A model generated the notes under the pieces. It saw nothing but the letters and a program-made list of their open reading frames with translations. It made no database searches and was not told the DNA's origin. 64,000 bases of DNA from Octopus bimaculoides (taxonomy: Eukaryota), in NCBI RefSeq assembly GCF_001194135.2, contig NC_068981.1, forward strand, positions 61,272,358-61,336,357. Direction: 5' to 3'. Shown one piece after another: positions 51,636 through 64,000 of the stretch. A program made the translations under genes and the position numbers. Each line of letters begins with the position of its first letter. Positions within the stretch are counted from its first letter, which is position 1.

Positions 51636-52816
51636 CTGTCTGTCTGTCTATAAATCTATCAATCTATCTATCTATTTATCTATCTACCTATCTATCTTTC
51701 TATCTATCTATCTATCTACACATAGTAAAATTTCTTTGTCTATTGTATGGAAAGTAGTTTGAAGTGCTCAGATAATAGACCGACACGCAATATATAGCCA
51801 AAGTGAAGGGGAATTCAAATAGGTTCAACATTTTATATGGACATATATTCTGCTATATATTGAAGTATATATTTTTAAATATACAAATATATCGGTTATT
51901 AAACTATAAAAACATATTAACATTCTATGAATACATTAATATTCATGTATAAATAGATAAATGGGATTACGTTAGAAAGTGAAGATGTTTAAAAGTATAA
52001 ATGTATAAACAATATATAGAGGGAGATTTAGAATNNNNNNNNNNNNNNNNNNNNNNNNNNNNNNNNNNNNNNNNNNNNNNNNNNNNNNNNNNNNNNNNNN
52101 NNNNNNNNNNNNNNNNNNNNNNNNNNNNNNNNNNNNNNNNNNNNNNNNNNNNNNNNNNNNNNNNNNNNNNNNNNNNNNNNNNNNNNNNNNNNNNNNNNNN
52201 NNNNNNNNNNNNNNNNNNNNNNNNNNNNNNNNNNNNNNNNNNNNNNNNNNNNNNNNNNNNNNNNNNNNNNNNNNNNNNNNNNNNNNNNNNNNNNNNNNNN
52301 NNNNNNNNNNNNNNNNNNNNNNNNNNNNNNNNNNNNNNNNNNNNNNNNNNNNNNNNNNNNNNNNNNNNNNNNNNNNNNNNNNNNNNNNNNNNNNNNNNNN
52401 NNNNNNNNNNNNNNNNNNNNNNNNNNNNNNNNNNNNNNNNNNNNNNNNNNNNNNNNNNNNNNNNNNNNNNNNNNNNNNNNNNNNNNNNNNNNNNNNNNNN
52501 NNNNNGTGTGTGTGTGCGTGTGTGTGTGAGTGTGTGTGTGTGTGTGTGTGTGTATCTGACAAAATATATATGTATGCATGTAGATTCTGACAAAACTCTG
52601 CGATGACAAGCAACGTGAAACTCCGAGTAACAGTTTTTTGTTATATTTCTGCTGCTTTAGATAAAGCATATTACTCTACCTCTGGTATTCGAGTACTCTA
52701 TTTACCACCTCGGTTCACATGTATGTGCTTACTCCGACGCACACAATTATACATACGTATACACGCACACACGCACATACAAGCACACACAAGCACTACT
52801 CCATAGACACAACCTC

Positions 52817-52885
52817 ACGCGTACACACATACCTGCACGTACACACATACCTGCACGTACACACATACCTGCACGTACACACGCA
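52817..52885. repeat. 18-bp tandem repeat (CGTACACACATACCTGCA), about 3.5 units
   Basis: Direct inspection. Confidence 0.9.
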
Positions 52886-53399
52886 CCCATACGTACACAC
52901 ACATACATACACACACGCACACTGCAAACAAAACACACACATACTACATATACATATACGCACACACACATATTACCAGTACCCGTCTACTACCAGTACC
53001 TTTCTACTGACCATTCTGCTACACACATTTCTAGGTAAATAAACAACAGGCAGCCACTCTTACCAAAATTCTTACTATAAATTATTCCTATGTCCTTAAA
53101 CGATACTCTGTCTAACCACACACATACATAAACAGCCACAAACACACACGCACACACACACACACACAGACTTGTGCGCACGCACATACCCACACATACA
53201 CACACATAACTCCACTTGCACTCTCCTGTCTTTGAAAATAACTTTTCCGTTACCCTTTTCCTTCCGGCCATTTCAATATGTTACCGCGTGTGTATCGTTG
53301 GCGTTTTTCTTTCTCCGTCTTCTCTTCTTTGAACTGTTTGTATATTTCTGATGAAAAGCTCCGCTATCCATTAAGTGGTAGTTAACAACAAATATAGTG

Positions 53400-56300
53400 T
53401 CTGACCAGCGGACCTCTGTCTTTCCAAAAAAAGAAAAAAAAAAGAAAAATCAAAAAGCAGGTGCTCCAGGTTAACCAAACATGAATCTGGGAAAGGCTCG
53501 ACAGTTAGGCGGTAAGTGATGACGGATGCGATAAACAGATTCACTACCTCCACACCTACTTTTCTGGGTGAGATTCTCGGCCCATTTCTGGGTGAGATTG
53601 GCCACCCTGCTCGTAACCTCACGCCACGATCTCTCCATTTATAGGTTCGGACCGAACAAGACACCGAGCAATTTCGCCGGGCCATATATCCAAAGTCTTA
53701 CGGCATTATTAGATGGTATCAACCTGTCTCTCCAGGTAACGAGCTGCAGGTTGACCGACTTATTACGGTCTATTTTTGCCTCTGATACCTCTGAATACTT
53801 CTCTTATGATCTTACCTACTAGATGCAGGTGTCTGTCGAAGGGTGGTGTCGTCTGCATACGCTGTTACACTCTCGATCGAGCGGACACCCCTCAGGGCTT
53901 ACAGTTTCTGCAGTAATAGCTCGAGGGTCAGAGAGTACAGAACGGAGGATACGGGACATCCTTGGTCGGCTGAACGCACGGTGCTGAACGGCTCTGAAAA
54001 ATGACCGTCCATCTGATCTACCGATTTAATATTTCCGTACAAAGTGGTGATCCAACCGATGAAATCAGGGCCAAACCAGGCCGCTTCGAGGATTGCCATC
54101 AGATAGCGATGGTCAACCGTACCGAATGTTTTAGACTGATCTAAATGTACCAGTACCCCTCCCATGCCAATATTATTAACCACCATGTCTATGGTGTAGC
54201 GTATGAAGTGGAGGTTTTCGTAGATCGTTCTTTATGGAATGGCGCATGTTTGCTCCCTCCCAACCAGTTTAACTACGACAAGCGACAAACTCTTGCTTAG
54301 CACCTTGGCCAAAATTTTCTGCTCTGCATGATGCAGAGAGATAGCGTTAACGTTACCTATAACGTCCCCCTTCTCTGGGTTCTTTCTTAGCCTGCCACGG
54401 TCCCCGTTTCACAGATCTCGGAATGCTCCTATTCTGTTACCATTTGTCGTAGATATTTGCCAGTAGGTTCCGAAACAAGTCTGGCATATTACAATAAAAC
54501 TCGTAGGGCAGACAATCGAGACCCGGAGATTTACCCCCAATGCAGCCCGCTAGGGCCTTTTATATCTACGCAGCTGTGATCGGCTCTTCACAGCACACCA
54601 CCTCCAGTGCTGAGAATTACGACAGACCAACCTGGAAGACCGAGATGTCTATCGCGCGATCCGACCTACCGCTCGTTGATTCCCTCTTGTCTCATAGCAC
54701 GTAACTTAAATGTGTCAATACAACTTTTGTGCTTAGTATGGAGGTATTGACATAGGGCCAATGTTGCACGTTAGAAGCATGGCCAGATTTTATTGCTTCT
54801 TCTCGTTTGTGAATTAATTTCATGTTTATTCTATTCTTGTATAATACTAAAACTTTGCTATATGTACGTGAATCAAATTTAGTGGACTTTTAGGGCGCAC
54901 CACCAGTTGCTATTGATGACGGCTACTGTTAACACCCTTTTCACTAATTCTCTAATCCGGACACTGTAGGCTTTGCATGCCAGGAGTGATGTGTTAAGCT
55001 TCCACTAACAGGGGCCCTATCGACAAAATCTATCTAAATGAAGCTTACAGATCACAAACTTGTGATCCGTATAGCTGACGATCTGAAACACTGGATAACT
55101 AACGCTAGATGTGTCACCTAACTTAGTTGAATACTATATCTAAGTAGGATGTGGGAGACCAGGAGCTGTTGGTCCATTTCCATATAGGAGCATTCCGATG
55201 AGACATTCTAAACCTGTCAGCCAGTTGAAAGCGACTGAACAGGTTCGTGAGGCAAGTTTTCTCTTTTCTATTTGGAATTCAGCCAACAAAATCCACACGT
55301 GCATCTATTAACTCTAACGTGCGCAACGTCCTAAGGAAAGCGTCTAAGCGTCGAAAGTAGTCGGATTGCCTCGTGTCATTTGGAGTATAAACTGTAACCA
55401 GGCTGAAGGTGCGGCCACTGTGTTATGTGTTGCCTCCAGGAGGACCAGTTGGCGTTCTGGATCCTCAAAAATTGTCGTGATGTCTAAATCCAGGCCTTTC
55501 CGGAATAAAATACAACCCCTCCGACTCCTCTAGACTGGCTTTGAGATATGTAGAGGGGCGAAAGACCTTGCAACGCCGTCAGCTTGGTTTCAAATCTCAT
55601 AACAATCAAATCCCATAACAACCAAATCCCATGACGTGAGGTCATTTAGCAAGCAAGCTGGCTTCCAACACGATCCCAGGCCACGTGCATTTACACTGCT
55701 AAGCTTGAACGCATCCATGATGAATGGAATTAATTACTTACTTGGTAATGGGGGTGAGGGAGTGGATTTATCCTCCCCTCCTAGTGTATCTTGTGCGGCG
55801 TACAAGGTTGAGTTTTGGAGTAGGGGGTAGGGTGTAGATGTATCCCCACTTCTCGTCGTGACTTGAGGAACGTTGTTAATTAAGTTCCGGTAAATGTGTT
55901 TAGTAAAAATTAATTGTAATCTTCCAATGTCATTAAGATAGTGCTCTTTTCGTTGCGTGAGTGAATGACAGTCACGTTTTATTAATTGGATGTCTTCAGG
56001 AATTAGTGAAATGTGAAATGCGTCGATTGGCGTTTGTGTGTGTTTTTGAGTATGAGTTTCAGGTGTATGATCGCGTGTGGCGGGGTGCTTGTATTGTGGT
56101 GTGTGTCTGTAGGATGAAGTGGAATCGGGGAAGTGTTTAATACTTACTTTCATTTCTTTAGCTACCTCTTCCCATTTTTGATCTGTTGTGAGGTTGTCTT
56201 GCCTTTAATTGGTAGTGTTTGTGCTGGATGGTGTATGGTTTTGTTTGATGGTATTATCAGTTGGGGCTTTACTGTTTTCTTTTTGTCCGAGTCCGGGCCT

Positions 56301-57300
56301 GTTGGTGGTGTTGGGTTAGTGTTATTTGTCTTTGCCAGGTGTTTTGCAGTCAAGTGTGGTGGAGGGTGGCCCGTTTCTGGGTTATCCCACTCACAAGATC
56401 TTCTAATGTGGTCCTTTGGATCACATTTGTAACATCTGGGCCTTCGATCCTCCACCATGACTCGGAGGACTCTGCCATCTGGTAATTTAATGAAGTCGGG
56501 TATAAGTCTGAGGTCCTGTTGTGTGGTCTGTATTATTATTTCGAGGCCTTAGCCCCATCAGTTTTGTTAGTGCAGCTACCTGGCTCGCAGTATGGAAACA
56601 CTACTTTCCAAATCCAGCAACACAAAGGCCACGAGCCACGCCGCGTCAGTTTCTGGTGTTCTATCCGCAATTTTTATTGTAGATATGCCTTTACTCATAT
56701 AAGTGGCAATACCACCAGTTCGATGGCTTTCAAAGGCACTGTGGAGTGTTTGCTTCTTTTTCGGAAGCGAACCTTACCTCCGCAGTGCCATATTTTCTCC
56801 TCTCGTTACGTATTTGTTATAACCCCAAATGGGCTCGAGACATTTTTCTATCGTTTCCTTTGGCATATGTTCCCCTTTGTTCGTTTTTAGTGAACGAGTT
56901 ATAAATTGTATTGTTTTCATGGCGGTTTGTTGTATTATACTACCTGGTTGGGTTAAATTTATATTATATACCCTTCACCCTTTGCTAAGTTTTTCTAATT
57001 TTCTAGGTCAAGTTGGTTAAATTTTAGAGTTTCCTGGTTTATAGCTGCCACCGATGCGAACCCGCGTCGGTTTCGTTTGTTCAATTCGCTTTCATTGTTA
57101 GTAAATTCTTTTTCATGGTTGTATATTTTGGGTTTCCTTTGATGCATTTGACATATATTTTGTGTTCACTTCCTCCTGTTTGTGACAGGGAAGAGCTGTA
57201 GACATTTCTTTATACATCTCGTTAAGTTTGTTGATATTGGGAGGGTTGTCTGTGTCTTGGCTGGACGCTATGATGTCAAAAATTTGTAAACAAATTAGCA
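53400..57300 (-). mobile_element. L1/Tx1-clade LINE with ORF1 (zinc knuckle) and ORF2 (APE endonuclease plus RT), decayed with 3' deletion
   Basis: ORF1: RCYKCDPKDHIRRSC (CCHC). APE: FSLVTVYTPND..YFRRLDAFL and APIWKWTNS..SYLD. RT: KILAKVL..EQTCAIP*RTIYENLHFIR, LDQSKTFGTVDHRYL, QGCPVSSVLY and AYADD (53848-53859). The 5' boundary is uncertain. Confidence 0.9.
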
Positions 57301-57682
57301 AAAATTAGCAAAAAATTAGCAAAAAAGTAGCAAAAATATTCAATTCGCACCTTAAAGGTGGAATTTCTAAACTCGATACCTATCATGCGAAACGCAAATG
57401 CCAAGCATTAGTGCAAGTGATTTCTAAATATCTAGTTGAGTGAATTGCGTCAGGGTGCTAGATGTGCTGGATGCGTGTATGTGTATCAGTAACATAAGGG
57501 TTTAGATAGAATCAGGTAGTTGAAAAGATATAAAGATATGCAATGGGTAGGGTTATGCAATGGGTATCTGCTATTCACGGTTTTCTGTAGTGGTTTAATT
57601 TAATCATTCTTCTATTAAAAATATATTTAAGAAACGGCTGCAACGAGCTGACAATTTTCCATCGAATGTTGTTATTCATTTG

Positions 57683-57719
<37 letters not shown>

Positions 57720-57810
57720 ATAATACTAGGGAATCAAACGTTACAGGCAAAAACGTTACAGGCAAAAATCGGCATATTGTTACACCAGGATTCGTAATAT
57801 ATAATATATG

Positions 57811-58581
57811 TATATAACTGATTTAGAGACAAACCACCACTCTACAACTCAGTCTACTGAGAACCCGTCCAAATCCATGCTGTGAGGCATATACCATATA
57901 AATATTTATCTAAGATTTTAATCTAAAATTTTTAATTTTTAATTTAAGTATTATATCATATGAATATATCATATAATGAAACATTCATCATAAAAATATT
58001 AATTTAAAAAAAAAATTAAGATCAAAATTATAAATTGGACAGTAAAAATCAATTCAATAATATAAAGTATGAAATAATATATGTATAAAGGTCAGTGCTA
58101 GTTCATAAACTACGCGCGTTCCATGGCTGAAATAGGACTATATAAAATCATAAGCAAATTCTATCCAAGTTCATTAGAACGGGGAAATAATTTTACTCCC
58201 AAAATCAGTCACTCTTCAGGTCAACTCCCTAAGAAAATACCTAAAATCATTCAAGGAATAAACATAAACATGAGAAATATAAAATATATAGAGAGACAAA
58301 ATCTGTAAACTAATCCCTACATTAAAATTATTAATTATTAAGAGTTACAATCTAAAAATATTGACATACCTTATATTATTGTATTGATTTTTACTGTCCA
58401 ATTTATAATTTTGATTTTTACTTTTTTTCAAATTAATATTTTATGATGAATGTTTCTTTATATGATATATTAATATGATATATTATTTAAATTTTAAAAT
58501 TTTAAAACTTTAGATAAATATTAATATGTTAGATAAATAGAGTGGTGTAGAGTGGTGGTTCGTATCTAAATTAGTTATATA
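57811..58581. mobile_element. Foldback/MITE-like element with ~220-260-bp terminal inverted repeats
   Basis: Left arm 57811-58071 and right arm 58365-58581 are reverse complements, including atcaaaattataaattggacagtaaaaatcaat, gaaacattcatcataaaa and aaccaccactctaca. TA-rich flanks. Confidence 0.8.
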
Positions 58582-58594
58582 TATAAATCTATTT

Positions 58595-58745
58595 ATTTGT
58601 CTGTGGGTGTCTTTGTGTTTGCATTTGTACCATCCCATCGCTTGACAACCAATGCAGGTGTGTTTACGTCCCGGTAATTTAGCAGGCTGGAGAATGACAC
58701 CGGTGAAATAAATACCAGTCTTATAGAAAAAAAAAAAACTTTAGT
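58595..58745 (+). mobile_element. 3' half of a SINE (family of 50544)
   Basis: catcgcttgacaaccaatgcaggtgtgtttacgtcccggtaatttagc matches 50829-50880 and ends in poly-A. Confidence 0.7.
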
Positions 58746-58994
58746 AACTGTTGGGTGATGCATTGTACTAAACTTTCTTCGAGATCTCAGTCTCATGTGG
58801 GAAACAAGTAAAAGATAAAAGCTCAAACATACACAAAGTACAGAGCTGCAGGATATTAAAGGGGAAAAGTTATGGCGTTACAAGACCGACCGCTGTTTCC
58901 AGGGGCTTAGACTTACTTCATAACGTCGGCATAATCTAACCAAAGCCGCTCTGTTTGCTTATTCGCATCGTTATCTATCTATCGATTTATCTAT

Positions 58995-59095
58995 CCACCT
59001 ACCTACCAACTAAGCTACCAACCTACCAACCTACCAACCTACCTACCTACCTACCTACCTACCTACCTACCTACCTACCTACCTACTTACCTACC
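58995..59095. repeat. (CTAC)n microsatellite running into a gap
   Basis: Direct inspection. Confidence 0.95.
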
Positions 59096-59772
59096 NNNNN
59101 NNNNNNNNNNNNNNNNNNNNNNNNNNNNNNNNNNNNNNNNNNNNNNNNNNNNNNNNNNNNNNNNNNNNNNNNNNNNNNNNNNNNNNNNNNNNNNNNNNNN
59201 NNNNNNNNNNNNNNNNNNNNNNNNNNNNNNNNNNNNNNNNNNNNNNNNNNNNNNNNNNNNNNNNNNNNNNNNNNNNNNNNNNNNNNNNNNNNNNNNNNNN
59301 NNNNNNNNNNNNNNNNNNNNNNNNNNNNNNNNNNNNNNNNNNNNNNNNNNNNNNNNNNNNNNNNNNNNNNNNNNNNNNNNNNNNNNNNNNNNNNNNNNNN
59401 NNNNNNNNNNNNNNNNNNNNNNNNNNNNNNNNNNNNNNNNNNNNNNNNNNNNNNNNNNNNNNNNNNNNNNNNNNNNNNNNNNNNNNNNNNNNNNNNNNNN
59501 NNNNNNNNNNNNNNNNNNNNNNNNNNNNNNNNNNNNNNNNNNNNNNNNNNNNNNNNNNNNNNNNCTTGGAGCTCATCAATGGTAGCATTCGTCCTATTTC
59601 CTGGACTGCCATGTTAGCTTGGCGATAACTAATAATATCCAGTACTGCTACTGTAGTCTCCTTTAGAGACAATTAGAAATATAAAAATTTCTATCTTTGG
59701 AAATCAGTGGATGTTTTCCACTGAATACATATAAATAAATCTTCGAACAGACAGTGAGCAGCTACGCCTACT

Positions 59773-59813
59773 CTACATTGAGAAGGGGAAAATACCCCGA
59801 AACTAGCCTGTGG
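59773..59813 (+). ncRNA. Degenerate minimal type I hammerhead ribozyme motif
   Basis: CTACA-TTGAGA-A-GGGG-AAAATA-CCCC-GAAAC-TAG-CC-TGTGG. Stems I and II are intact; the core and the cleavage triplet are mutated. Confidence 0.55.
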
Positions 59814-59970
59814 ATGTTGAACCAGCAAAGGGAAACTGCTGACCCCACTGTTCGAAGGCTATAATGAACACAGGTTCATGTGTCAGCTGGGTAAGGCGAT
59901 GGCATCTTGGAGGTAATCAACAGCAGCATTCCTAGACTACCACGTTAACTTGGCGATAACTATTAATATA

Positions 59971-60009
<39 letters not shown>

Positions 60010-60194
60010 ATATATATACTAGTGTACTAGTGTCGTCAGAGATGGCGGCATGAAAATCATACGGGAAATAAGATTTAAATAGAAACATTACAAACTTTAT
60101 CTTAGTAATTGCTTCAACATCACGTTTCTAGTGAATGCCGTAACAACAATGAGTTCGCCTTGTTTTGGAGGGTCCATTCCAGAATTAATTAATC

Positions 60195-60385
60195 TTCCTT
60201 TTTTTCTCCTCGATGTACTCTCCTCTCTCTTTCGATTTCTCTCCTTTGTGTTGCTTCCTCTTCCGTTTCATATTGTCACCTTTGCGATTCTCTCATTCTT
60301 AGATATTCACTCCTCACTGCTAGTTGCTCTTCTGTTTCATCTTGCCGCTTTTGTGCTTCTCTCTTTTTTGGATATCTCTCCAGCA
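60195..60385 (-). pseudogene. STPR-like 23-aa repeat coding remnant (Helitron N-terminus or host STPR protein)
   Basis: KRQDETEEQLAVRSEYLRMRESQR*QYETEEEATQRREIERERRVHR, with ETEE recurring at 23-residue spacing. Confidence 0.45.
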
Positions 60386-61539
60386 ATCTTTATTTCATAT
60401 CACTACAATTGTTTCCACATGTCGTTACGACGATAGTACGTTGTTGGCATGATATATTCAAGAAATTGCGTAATCAATATCATCCGTCATATGTCTTGAA
60501 TATGTTTCTTCAAGGTATTACTTTAAATAAGTCCTTCATTACATCATAACTCCATTACGCTCTGTACAAGAAAGAGTAGCCCAAGCAGTGTGCTATTTTC
60601 AGTAATTTAGAGATAAAACCAAACCCATCGATATCGTGAGAAATAAAACGCAAGTCTAATCAAAATACGAAATGCAGAAACAAAAAAAAAACAAACAAAC
60701 ACACACAAATGAAATAAAAATAATCAATATCAAGTTAACTATAAATTACAATTCTATCTTCATGGTCAGCTTAATAGAAAGTACAAGACAAGCTGAATGA
60801 AGAATGAAATTAAGCGTTTGGAGATGATAATGTGACAAAATGATAAAAACTATTTCCAAGCTTAGCAACTATTTATTTGNNNNNNNNNNNNNNNNNNNNN
60901 NNNNNNNNNNNNNNNNNNNNNNNNNNNNNNNNNNNNNNNNNNNNNNNNNNNNNNNNNNNNNNNNNNNNNNNNNNNNNNNNNNNNNNNNNNNNNNNNNNNN
61001 NNNNNNNNNNNNNNNNNNNNNNNNNNNNNNNNNNNNNNNNNNNNNNNNNNNNNNNNNNNNNNNNNNNNNNNNNNNNNNNNNNNNNNNNNNNNNNNNNNNN
61101 NNNNNNNNNNNNNNNNNNNNNNNNNNNNNNNNNNNNNNNNNNNNNNNNNNNNNNNNNNNNNNNNNNNNNNNNNNNNNNNNNNNNNNNNNNNNNNNNNNNN
61201 NNNNNNNNNNNNNNNNNNNNNNNNNNNNNNNNNNNNNNNNNNNNNNNNNNNNNNNNNNNNNNNNNNNNNNNNNNNNNNNNNNNNNNNNNNNNNNNNNNNN
61301 NNNNNNNNNNNNNNNNNNNNNNNNNNNNNNNNNNNNNCACACATATATGCACACTTCTTACGTACATTCTTACTGTTTTCACGATTTATATTAATATTGA
61401 TATATGCTGGTTTGAAACTTAATCCGACACAGAGGTTACATACAACACTACTATTTTCAAAACAGAAACAAGTAAAACATGATTAAAGGAAAATAAAATG
61501 CATTAAGAAGATCGCATCAATAGATTTTTCGACCTTCAC

Positions 61540-62090
61540 TGTCTTTACCAAAATTTGCCTTTTAGCTTGTGGTTGAATTTAGGAACTAGTTTGGATTGCC
61601 TATTTGCATGTTAATCCTTCAACGTCAAAATGCATAGTGTCTCTTCAGAACAAAGTTGACAGTAACTGCAAAATGTTGTCTACGGATATTCATGTTTTCA
61701 CTGTCCATGTAATGCAGTATTGTACTTTTCCTTCCTTAACTTCCCAGAGTAGGCCAGCGGCGGAAATGCAGTACTTCGTGTTAATGATTTTACACGATAC
61801 AATATGATTACTATATTGAGTATTGAAATATTTTTCGTCCCACCAACATATTCAAATGCAACTGTTTCCGTTCTATCTGTACATTTATATATCACGTTCT
61901 TATGAACGCATTCATTTCCAGGCAGCTACATGTTCTTTTTCTTACTATCACATACTTTCCCACATTATTTTCTATATTGATAAAATAATAAGCAGTGCGC
62001 TCAGAGCTGAGAGTTTGTGCTGCTTTGTCATGTACATGTACCGCTCCTTATAGCAGAAAGAGCTGTGCGGTAATGAAGGTAATTATTAAA
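61540..62090 (-). mobile_element. Penelope-like element GIY-YIG remnant (CxCx5Cx5C type)
   Basis: CDSKKKNM*LPGNECVHKNVIYKCT..EYVGGTK, then after frameshifts YSNHIVS..LLWEVKEGKVQYCITWTVK and YCQLCSEETLCIL..NHK. Confidence 0.72.
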
Positions 62091-62339
62091 ATCCTGTCCG
62101 TTTGGCATTCATACATTAATATTATGCACTGTGACTTCCTAATACATTGATCCAAATCACACACACGCACACACAGACACACACACACGTACACACATAC
62201 ATATATATATTGACTTATGACAACTGTATATGAGTTTTGCTATATTTTATTGTTCACATTTTACTGGTTTTAGCCAGAGTGTGAGGCTATGCCGGCGCAC
62301 CTCTTTTAAGTGTGATTGAGTTTCATTCTTCTACAGTTT

Positions 62340-63450
62340 CTTGTGAAGTAGCGAGTTGGACGGAGTTGCTATTCTTTGTGCCTCTTGCTACGATATGGTT
62401 TCATCTGGTACTTTAGAAAAAGATTTGTGCAGGCGCGCTTTGAAGATACCGTATTCCGTCGGACTTATCCTCCTTGGATCTGAAGCCAATGAGCCGTCTC
62501 CTTCAAACTGTTGCCCTATCTCGTAGTGCACTGAAGCACATTTTCTCGAAAATCTGTGGAAAACTGTAAGATAATTTTCATATTTTCCACCGCACCGTTT
62601 CTCTTTTTTTACTTTTCTTTTCATGAGAGAGTCTGGGTTTATTTTCGATGCCTAAGACTGTAACTTTGAGTGGAAATTTCTCGTTGTTAGTAAGTTGTTT
62701 ACATGATTATGTACTCCGTCTCATAAGGACTCATCTTTCACGGGGAATAATGCTTTGTATGTAATGTTTCTCTTCACTGGGACAAAGGTAATGCATAACA
62801 CTTGTATAATTGACATGAATTTTTCAAGTTTCAGATCAAAATCTTGCATGGAGAGACATTGATGCCAAATTTGATGGACTATCTGTTTTTTAGTTCACTT
62901 CCTTTCAGCCTCGTAAAAGGTCAAACTGGATAGGTTTTGGGTGCCATTTGTGTAGAATACAACTTTAATTATTTCTTTCGTGGCGTAATCTCAAACGATT
63001 GTCGGTGACATATTCACATGGTGAATAAGTTCCAAATTGTTGATGACATNNNNNNNNNNCATATCAAAATCTTGCATGGAGAGACATTGATGCCAAATTT
63101 GATGGACTATCTGTTTTTTAGTTCACTTCCTTTCAGCCTCGTAAAAGGTCAAACTGGATAGGTTTTGGGTGCCATTTGTGTAGAATACAACTTTAATTAT
63201 TTCTTTCGTGGCGTAATCTCAAACGATTGTCGGTGACATATTCACATGGTGAATAAGTTCCAAATTGTTGATGACATAGATGATTAATATATTTTTGCTT
63301 CAGGTTGGGATGAGTATCGTTTGACCAATCAACATGCGTGCCGTTCTTGCCATCTCAAGTTCAGGGAGTTGATGTCACCCTTCATATTTGTTAGTAATTC
63401 TTTTATAATTGTAAGGCTTTCCTCAAATTTACCGTCACGATTTGAAACAT
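62340..63450 (-). mobile_element. CR1-like LINE 3' remnant
   Basis: GIFKARLHKSFSKVPDETIS*QEAQRIATPSNSL matches the 30.3-kb CR1-like tail. Upstream RT C-terminal traces are degenerate. Contains an assembly overlap at the 63049 gap. Confidence 0.65.
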
Positions 63451-63740
63451 CGGGCGGGCAATATAATGTACATACTACAACATCAAATTGCTTTACAGGC
63501 AGTAATGTGTGTGTGTGTGTGTCTGTGTGTGTGTGTATGTGTGTGCGTGTGTGTGTGTGTAAGAAAATGAATAAATAAGGGTCATTACATATTTTTTCTT
63601 TATTGCTGTAAAACTATAAGGTATTGGGATTTTATGTATATACCATTCTGCCTAAACAATGGATTTACAAATACAATATCCCTACATTCACTCTCTTTTT
63701 CCTATCTTAAACTAGTTATCGCTTAATCCTCCTCTCATAG

Positions 63741-63790
63741 CGCCTCCGATGAAGGGATATAATAAATAACCTGGAAGCAGCTGTAAGACA
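63741..63790 (+). ncRNA. Degenerate minimal hammerhead motif, same type as 29461
   Basis: CCGATGA-AGGG..acct-GGAAGC-AGCT-GTA-AGAC. It shares cagctgtaaga..ttctat with 29505-29523. Confidence 0.4.
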
Positions 63791-64000
63791 TTCTATTTAT
63801 AAATGTTCAATATTATACACAGCCTTGGTTTTTTATCTCATCACGAAAAGTAAATCCTTATATTCACACGCTGATATATGACCGACGTTGGACCCCTTAT
63901 TCGCATAACCACCCAACCTGGAGCTTAACTGGTCTTTCCATAGCACTTACTCAGAATTACCTAAAACCTCTGGGTCTAATTTACATCACTATCGTTAGAT

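Noticed and set aside
53348-53365. CTGATGA-AAAGC-TCC-GCT, a 5' half of an HHR-like motif
   Set aside because: Truncated before GAAA and stem III, so it cannot be called a ribozyme. It may be a cut PLE-repeat end beside the L1.
58123-58308. 61-aa ORF inside the foldback spacer
   Set aside because: Short, AT-rich and without recognisable motifs.
62803-63277. Identical ~215-bp tandem duplication around the 63049 gap
   Set aside because: Exact copies on either side of a 10-N gap indicate a contig overlap, not biology.

Overview
AT-rich, microsatellite-dense eukaryotic DNA from a gapped short-read assembly (N runs almost always flanked by (TA)n/(CA)n/(GATA)n). The SINE and LINE content strongly suggests an octopod cephalopod (Octopus sp.); this is inference. 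I found no host gene, rRNA, tRNA gene or CRISPR array that I can support. The window is mostly decayed mobile elements: RTE, CR1-like, L1/Tx1, HERO-like and R4/Dong-like LINEs; at least six Penelope-like element (PLE) remnants; a full-length mariner with TIRs; maT/Tc1 and hAT remnants; tRNA-headed SINEs; and a long foldback element. The most notable signals are: (1) a set of minimal hammerhead-ribozyme (HHR) motifs, including two identical, structurally complete copies with a CUGUUGA (A6U) core in a small repeat that abuts (TA)n microsatellites, and a decayed one inside a 341-bp direct-repeat unit; (2) Dong-like LINEs sitting in (TAA)n tracts, with one family carrying a (GAA)n poly-acidic tract inside its ORF; (3) four PLEs with a CxCx5Cx5C linker, one with TGA at a Cys position; (4) long inverted repeats that could form dsRNA. 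All calls come from manual translation and motif recognition, with no database searches, and boundaries of decayed elements are approximate.
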